Of a stretch of 38,464 bases of DNA, positions 33,235 through 38,464 are shown piece after piece (positions within the stretch are counted from its first letter, which is position 1; the number at the start of each line of letters is the position of its first letter). The notes beneath the pieces were generated by a model, which searched no databases, had not been told where the DNA came from, and saw only the letters and a list, made by a program, of their open reading frames with translations. The translations under genes and the position numbers were made by a program. The DNA comes from an uncultured Eubacteriales bacterium (GTDB lineage Bacteria > Bacillota > Clostridia > Oscillospirales > Butyricicoccaceae): positions 1 to 38,464 of the forward strand of contig CATJIY010000073.1 of assembly GCA_949740695.1 (NCBI GenBank), in the 5' to 3' direction.

Positions 33235-34886
33235 AACAACCGGAAACCATCCGCCAGGCGCTGGAAGAAATTTTTTCTATTCCAGTGATCCGGCTGACTG
33301 TCGCGAATCCTCGCCCAGGGGCTCAATGGAAAAAACTTTGCTTGCGGCCCATCCAGGTTCGGGAACAAGACCTTTTTCAGATGGAGAAGTTTACTAGCAC
33401 CCAGGTTTTTCACGAAAATCTCTCCCCAGAACAGGTCCCCGCCCGGCTGGAAGATCTGCTGGCCCACTATGGACAACTGGACGGGGTGTGCCAGGGAGCA
33501 ATTTTTTGCCTGAAAATTTCCAAAAAAGGTAAGTTGTTTTTTTCCCGGCAAGAGGCAAAGCAGTTGCCCGGCCTATCTGCCGGACATAACCGGCAAAAGC
33601 AATACCTGTTGTCTGAAGGGGTGGTTGTCCCACCTTTGGTAGACCTGGGCGTCTTAACTCCTGAAGGCCGCGTGGTCAAGGCCAAATATGATAAGTTTAA
33701 ACAAATCAACCGGTTTTTGGAGTTTTTAGACGATCTTTTGGCAAAAGACCCTCACGAGACCCTGCGTATCGTGGACTTTGGCTGCGGGAAGTCCTATCTC
33801 ACCTTTGTGATTTATTACTACATCACCCAGATTCTTCATCGGAAGGCGGATATCACCGGCTTGGATTTAAAAGCCGATGTGATCGCCCACTGCAATCAAG
33901 TAGCCGCGAAATATGGTTATACCGGCCTGCGCTTTTTTTGCGGCGATATTCGAGACTATCGGGCTGAGATTCCGCCGGATATGGTCATCACGCTCCATGC
34001 TTGCGACACCGCCACCGACTATGCCCTATATCACGCTATGGAATGGGGCGCCAGATATATTCTTTCAGCGCCTTGCTGCCAGCATGAATTGAATCTGTCC
34101 ACCACGTCCGCCGCCCTGCCGCCGGTTACCGGATACGGCATCTTGAAAGAACGGTTTTCCGCTCTGGCTACCGACGCCATTCGAGCCAAGTTACTGGAAA
34201 GCCGGGGATATGAGGTGCAAGTGCTGGAGTTCATTGATCTGATCCACTCCCCCAAAAATCTGCTGATTCGGGCCAAAAAAGCCAACCCCTCCCCGGAAAA
34301 ACGAGCCGACGCCCTAAAGGATGCCCAAACTCTGCTGGGCGCCTTGGGTGGGCGGCAAACTCTACTCACTCTGCTGGGGAAAAAGCCGGTTCCCGCCGGC
34401 TGCATCCGGCTCTCCCGCCCGAAAGATTTTGAAGAAATCATGGCTCTGTATGACATTGGCCGGGCCTATATGCGGAAGACTGGAAACGCCGCCCAGTGGA
34501 CCAACGGTTACCCTTATCCCTCTATGATTCAAGAGGACATCCGGTTAGGCCGCAGCTATGTGCTGGAGGCCGAAGGCCGCTTGCAAGCGGTATTTGCTTT
34601 GATCTGGGGAGAGGATCCCACCTATCAGAAGATCGAGGGAGCTTGGCTGCAAGATCAAGCGCCTTACGGCGCCATTCACCGAATTGCCTCTCGAGGAGAA
34701 CTGCCCGGCGCAGGCGCCCGGTGCATCCAGTGGTGCCTGAACCTGTGCGGAGACATCCGCATGGATACCCATAAAGACAACTCCCCCATGCGCCGGCTGC
34801 TGGAGCGTCTTGGCTTTTCCTACTGTGGGGAAATTATCTGCGACGACGGCACGCCAAGACGGGCCTATCAGAAGGTAATGGAGTAA
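33231..34886 (+). CDS. Fusion protein: N-terminal Methyltransf_32-like SAM methyltransferase and C-terminal GNAT acetyltransferase
   Basis: ATG at 33231 overlaps the mtaB stop (ATGA) and is preceded by GGAGAGG. Motifs are IVDFGCGKSYL and ITLHACDTATD. From about 34404 the sequence is GNAT-like (QWTNGYPYP...IHRIA...GAG...RLLERLGF). Confidence 0.7.
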   Translation: MKQPETIRQALEEIFSIPVIRLTVANPRPGAQWKKLCLRPIQVREQDLFQMEKFTSTQVFHENLSPEQVPARLEDLLAHYGQLDGVCQGAIFCLKISKKGKLFFSRQEAKQLPGLSAGHNRQKQYLLSEGVVVPPLVDLGVLTPEGRVVKAKYDKFKQINRFLEFLDDLLAKDPHETLRIVDFGCGKSYLTFVIYYYITQILHRKADITGLDLKADVIAHCNQVAAKYGYTGLRFFCGDIRDYRAEIPPDMVITLHACDTATDYALYHAMEWGARYILSAPCCQHELNLSTTSAALPPVTGYGILKERFSALATDAIRAKLLESRGYEVQVLEFIDLIHSPKNLLIRAKKANPSPEKRADALKDAQTLLGALGGRQTLLTLLGKKPVPAGCIRLSRPKDFEEIMALYDIGRAYMRKTGNAAQWTNGYPYPSMIQEDIRLGRSYVLEAEGRLQAVFALIWGEDPTYQKIEGAWLQDQAPYGAIHRIASRGELPGAGARCIQWCLNLCGDIRMDTHKDNSPMRRLLERLGFSYCGEIICDDGTPRRAYQKVME

Positions 34887-34988
34887 CAATAATAACATCA
34901 GCCCGGTTGCCTAAATAAAGACAAATAGGGGTGGAGGATACCGCTGCAACCCTCAAAAAAGCAGACTTTCCATACAAATTTGAAGCGA

Positions 34989-35025
34989 ATGTAGCATTTA
35001 TAGAAACTATAAATGCTACATTTTT
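34989..35025 (+). terminator. Intrinsic terminator with AT-rich stem
   Basis: Perfect 15-bp stem ATGTAGCATTTATAG / CTATAAATGCTACAT with loop AAA, followed by TTTT. Confidence 0.65.
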
Positions 35026-35035
35026 GCAAACAACG

Positions 35036-35068
35036 GCGGCGATACAAAAAATCGTATCGCCGCTTTTT
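35036..35068 (+). terminator. Second hairpin plus T-tract between convergent genes
   Basis: GCGGCGATAC / GTATCGCCGC with an 8-nt loop, then TTTTT. It may also serve the minus-strand regulator gene. Confidence 0.65.
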
Positions 35069-35108
35069 AACATCATTTTAGGAACAACCCAATAAATTGA
35101 TCGTTGGC

Positions 35109-35945
35109 CTATTTTCGCGACCACAAAAAAAAGAGAACTGCCGTCCCCGCTAAAACCAGACTGGAAGCCAGCGTCCAGCCCGGCTCGGGCGGTTCCTTTA
35201 ACAGATGGGTCAACCAGCTGTTTGCCGCTAGCTGCATGGGCACCGCCAGCAAGCAGATCCAGCCCGCCGCCCGGAGAGGACTCTTCCGGCAGAGCCAAAT
35301 CACTCCGGCACAAGCCCAAAGGCAAATTACTCCCAGCACCGCCATAGGCATCGCTACTGGTAGAATATTTACCGATAAAAAGGAATTCAGCGCTACAAGA
35401 AAGGGGAAAATCCAGACAGTTGCCGCCAACAAAGCAATCCAAAGTCCTCTGTGTTTCACCAGCAGCCCTGGCGCCAAAACCAGCCAACAAAATCCAATGG
35501 ACAGCAGCGGAATAGGGGACCAGGTAAGCCGACCGTTTACCGCTAAATCGCAGATCAAACAGACCGCAGCGCCAATCACAGCTGATAAAGTCAACCCCGT
35601 TACTGCCAATGCTGGCCAACGGCGGCTTTTTGCTGCCGAACCAAAAGATGCTTTGGTATCAGCAAAAGCGTCCTCCTCTGAAGGCGTTTGCCTTTGGGAT
35701 ACAGGCTGTTCCTCTGAGGAAGCCCTAATCCGTTCTCCAGCCAGCAGTTCCTCCACGCTGACATCCAACAGGCCGGCCAAAACAGACAGCAGGGTAATGT
35801 CCGGACAGGCCAAACCCCGTTCCCATTTCGACACCGCTTTGTCGGTAAGATGCAGTTGCGCCGCCAATGCCTTTTGCGTCAGGCCCTTTTCCCGGCGAAG
35901 CTGGGCGATAAACCTGCCGATACGCCCATGGATAGGTTGCTCCAT
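35109..35945 (-). CDS. Membrane-anchored XRE-family helix-turn-helix regulator
   Basis: HTH_3-type N-terminus (IGRFIAQLRREKGLTQKALAAQLHLTDKAVSKWERG), a Ser/Glu-rich linker, then about six predicted TM helices. ATG at 35945 with AGGAGAA upstream. Confidence 0.75.
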   Translation of the reverse strand: MEQPIHGRIGRFIAQLRREKGLTQKALAAQLHLTDKAVSKWERGLACPDITLLSVLAGLLDVSVEELLAGERIRASSEEQPVSQRQTPSEEDAFADTKASFGSAAKSRRWPALAVTGLTLSAVIGAAVCLICDLAVNGRLTWSPIPLLSIGFCWLVLAPGLLVKHRGLWIALLAATVWIFPFLVALNSFLSVNILPVAMPMAVLGVICLWACAGVIWLCRKSPLRAAGWICLLAVPMQLAANSWLTHLLKEPPEPGWTLASSLVLAGTAVLFFLWSRK

Positions 35946-36136
35946 AATGACCGTTTTCTCCTTCTGTTTTGCTGTTTTCGTCATTGTATCGGGTTTCTCT
36001 TCTAAAAGCAAGACCTTTCTTCAAAAATCCAATGGGTAAACCAACAGTCGAGGACTCTTCTCCTAAAAAATACTGGCGGCAAAAACCCACCAAATCTGGA
36101 GGGTTCACCATTCGTGACAATTTCCATTTTTATAAA

Positions 36137-36169
36137 ATCAGGGCCCGGCAATAAAGGCCGGACCCTGAT
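36137..36169 (-). terminator. Hairpin terminator after the SPFH gene
   Basis: ATCAGGGCCCGGC / GCCGGACCCTGAT with one mismatch and loop AATAAA, 13 nt from the stop. T-rich flanks lie on both strands. Confidence 0.6.
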
Positions 36170-36181
36170 TGGCTTTTTTAT

Positions 36182-37105
36182 TTATTTTGCGCCCTTGACA
36201 GCTTCGGTAATCCCAGTGGCAAGACCCGCAAGACCCTGCAATTCAGAGGGAATAATAATCTTTGTAGATTGCCCATTGGCCACTGTTTGAAATGCCTCTA
36301 GCGCTTTTAGCTTAATCACCGCGTCGGAAGCGTCAGCCTGGTTCAAGAGCTTGATGGAATCGGCCAAAGCGGTCTGGACTTTCATCAAAGCCTCGGCCTG
36401 ACCCTCAGCTTCCCGAATCTTCTGCTCCTTGACAGCTTCTGCCCGAAGGATTGCCGATTCCTTTTCGCCCTCAGCAATCAAGATGGCCGACTTCTTTTCA
36501 CCCTCGGCCCGCAAAATGGATTCCCGGCGCTCCCGCTCGGCTTTCATCTGACGCTCCATCGCATCCTGAATCTCTCTGGGCGGAATGATGTTTTTCAGTT
36601 CCACCCGGTTAACCTTGATCCCCCAAGGATCGGTGGCTTCATCCAAAATGGACCGCATCTTGCTGTTGATGATATCCCGAGAGGTAAGCGTCTGGTCCAG
36701 TTCCATTTCACCGATTAGGTTACGCAGTGTGGTGGCAGTGAGATTTTCAATAGCAGACATAGGCTGCACCACGCCATAGGTATACAGCTTGGGGTCTGAC
36801 ACAAAGAAATATACCACAGTATCAATCTGCATGGTTACATTGTCCCGGGTAATCACCGGCTGGGGCTTAAAGTCGGCAATCCGCTCTTTCAGGGTCACCT
36901 TATTGGCCACCCGCTCCAGCAGGGGAATTTTAAAGTGTAAGCCAGTAGCCCAGGTCTGCTGATAAGCGCCTAACCGCTCTACCACATAAGCGCTGGCCTG
37001 AGGGACAATCACTACGTTGGAAGCTACCAAAATAATCAACAGCAATAGCAGCACGCCAACGACTCCATATCCCCAAACCGCCATCAAAAAAACCGGTGTC
37101 ATCAT
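36182..37105 (-). CDS. SPFH/Band 7 (stomatin-like) protein
   Basis: N-terminal TM helix, an SPFH core (VVIVPQASAYVVERLGAYQ...) and a C-terminal coiled-coil (EGEKKSAILIAEGEKESAILRAEA). RBS AGGAGGAG. Confidence 0.88.
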   Translation of the reverse strand: MMTPVFLMAVWGYGVVGVLLLLLIILVASNVVIVPQASAYVVERLGAYQQTWATGLHFKIPLLERVANKVTLKERIADFKPQPVITRDNVTMQIDTVVYFFVSDPKLYTYGVVQPMSAIENLTATTLRNLIGEMELDQTLTSRDIINSKMRSILDEATDPWGIKVNRVELKNIIPPREIQDAMERQMKAERERRESILRAEGEKKSAILIAEGEKESAILRAEAVKEQKIREAEGQAEALMKVQTALADSIKLLNQADASDAVIKLKALEAFQTVANGQSTKIIIPSELQGLAGLATGITEAVKGAK

Positions 37106-37191
37106 AAAATCGCTCCTCCTTCATTTTTACTGTTTCGGTCGTCTATTGTTACAATACAAGAGAACCCAAAGCAAGCAGTTTTCCAAATCGG

Positions 37192-37626
37192 TCACTGTCC
37201 GGCGGGAGCGACCATAACCTTGACTCCTTCAATCGCGCAAACAGTCACCTGCGCACCGGTGGGAATCATTTGTCCATCCACACTGCGAGCGGTCCACACC
37301 GCTCCGTCCACCCGGACAGCGCCTGCGCCCCGGGCGTTATCAATTTCTTCTAACACCTGTCCCAAATGGCCAATGATTCGATCTGCATTGGTCGGCTGGC
37401 GTTTTTTATTAAAGCTTCGGGCCAGATCCCGGGTGAACCACACCGCGCCTCCGCTGACCAGCACAAAGACCACAATCTGAAGCCATAAAGGCACACCTAC
37501 TAACGCGCAGGTCATAGAAACCAGCGCTCCTAGAGCAAACCAGATGGAAGTTAGTCCCAGGGTTGCCGCCTCCACAATGGCAAAAATTATGGCAAGCGCC
37601 AGCCATAGGATAAATACAGGCGCCAT
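37192..37626 (-). CDS. NfeD family membrane protein
   Basis: 144 aa. Three TM helices plus a C-terminal OB-fold-like soluble domain (GAVRVDGAVWTARS...V.AIEGVKVMV). It sits directly upstream of the SPFH gene, the classic pairing. Confidence 0.85.
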   Translation of the reverse strand: MAPVFILWLALAIIFAIVEAATLGLTSIWFALGALVSMTCALVGVPLWLQIVVFVLVSGGAVWFTRDLARSFNKKRQPTNADRIIGHLGQVLEEIDNARGAGAVRVDGAVWTARSVDGQMIPTGAQVTVCAIEGVKVMVAPAGQ

Positions 37627-38044
37627 ACCGCTCCCTCCCTATCTTTGATTATTTAAGTTAGTATATCACAAAAAGCGTTTGATTGTCCATAGCCTGATGG
37701 TTTGGAATACAATAATTTTTTGCTTTTTATGAAAAACAGGGCGCGAAAACGTTTATCCTCCCCTTGCCCAAGGCGTTTCGCCTTTAGCGTTATGTCCCAC
37801 AAAAATTACGTGGAGATTTCTTGCGAAAACTTCCTTGTTTTGCGGAATCTCCTCACCAATACAGCCGGGAATTTCCAGATACTCGACTATCCATTTCGTC
37901 GAACTGTTAAATTAAAGAGTGACAAATGCTTACAAACATGCTAAAATATAATCGTACTATACGTTCTGACTGGGCGGTCCGGCAAGATAATATCAGCGGA
38001 CATGCGGTCAAAACATTTATGATTACCAAGGAGGGAGAATCAGT

Positions 38045-38464
38045 ATGGAAATTGTTCGTTTAGAACCGGGAAGTCCGCTTTGGAAAAAAACAATTGTCTT
38101 TGCCGAAAATTGTTCCTGGAGCGCCGGAGCCCACATTGCCAAGGTTTTACAAGAAAATAAATTGACCGAATGGGAAGCCTTTTTTGCCGCGGTAGATAAC
38201 CAAACCATCATCGGCTGCTGTTCTTTTTTAAAAGAAGATTATTATCCAGATAATAAATACATGCCCTGGATCAGCAGTATTTTTGTGACCGAAAGCGCCC
38301 GTGGCAAAAAAGTGAGCCATCAAATGATCCAAGCAGTCCTGACTTACGCCAAAGAACAAAAATTTTCACGAGTATATATTCCGTCAGATATGACCGGTTT
38401 TTATGAGAAATGCGGTTTTACACCCATAGATACTTTGAAAAATTATGACGGAAATTTAGATACC
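38045..38464 (+). CDS. GNAT family N-acetyltransferase, 3'-truncated by the window edge
   Basis: ATG at 38045 preceded by AAGGAGGGAG. The frame stays open to the end of the window (140 codons): MEIVRLEPGS...ISSIFVTESARGKKVSHQMIQAVLTYAKEQ...GFYEKCGF. Absent from the ORF track because no stop is reached. AT-rich composition. Confidence 0.7.
   Translation, partial: MEIVRLEPGSPLWKKTIVFAENCSWSAGAHIAKVLQENKLTEWEAFFAAVDNQTIIGCCSFLKEDYYPDNKYMPWISSIFVTESARGKKVSHQMIQAVLTYAKEQKFSRVYIPSDMTGFYEKCGFTPIDTLKNYDGNLDT

Noticed and set aside
34834-36039. Two long ORFs overlapping the XRE regulator gene: 34834..35619 on the minus strand and 35104..36039 on the plus strand
   Set aside because: The 35109..35945 minus frame has a textbook HTH, TM helices and a strong RBS. 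The other two are alternative-frame or antisense artefacts. The first would also run through two terminator hairpins.
1-38464. GAATTC depletion as evidence for the restriction specificity
   Set aside because: At least eight GAATTC sites are present, close to the rough composition-based expectation of about seven. There is no avoidance signal at this scale, and a genome-wide count is needed.
1-38464. CRISPR arrays, tRNA or rRNA genes, IS elements, integrases
   Set aside because: Reading both strands, I found no regularly spaced direct repeats, no tRNA T-arm (GGTTCGAATCC-like) signatures, and no transposase- or integrase-like ORFs.

Overview
The window looks like a chromosomal segment from a fairly GC-rich Firmicute, probably Clostridia (Oscillospiraceae-like, low-confidence guess). 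GC is in the high 50s percent by eye. Coding density is high and most genes lie on the minus strand. I found no rRNA, tRNA, CRISPR array, transposase or integrase.

Most content is housekeeping:
- recA-recX-rimO-pgsA-cysS
- mreB
- recD2-comFC
- DUF1385-prmC
- mtaB
- a PBP5-type carboxypeptidase
- NfeD-SPFH
- an OmpR/HK two-component operon

Accessory or unusual content:
1. A radical-SAM/DUF4130 putative DNA-repair pair sits behind a promoter carrying two LexA-type boxes.
2. An acyl-ACP thioesterase, MBOAT and SGNH trio are arranged head to tail.
3. A THF riboswitch precedes folT.
4. An amidohydrolase homologue has its HxH metal motif replaced by CxC.
5. A consensus promoter drives a ~290-nt structured untranslated RNA ahead of an orphan 183-aa protein.
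6. A lower-GC stretch between recA and prmC holds a NUDIX gene, a frameshifted DUF6483-like gene, and an EcoRI-family nuclease with a Dam-like methylase. The methylase start overlaps the prmC stop.
7. A stand-alone 137-aa P-loop protein has its own promoter and terminator.
8. A methyltransferase-GNAT fusion is translationally coupled to mtaB.

I cannot show that any of these is a new system. The best candidates for follow-up are the structured RNA with its orphan protein, the SOS-gated radical-SAM pair and the mini P-loop gene. Family names and accessions are from memory. No searches were run.
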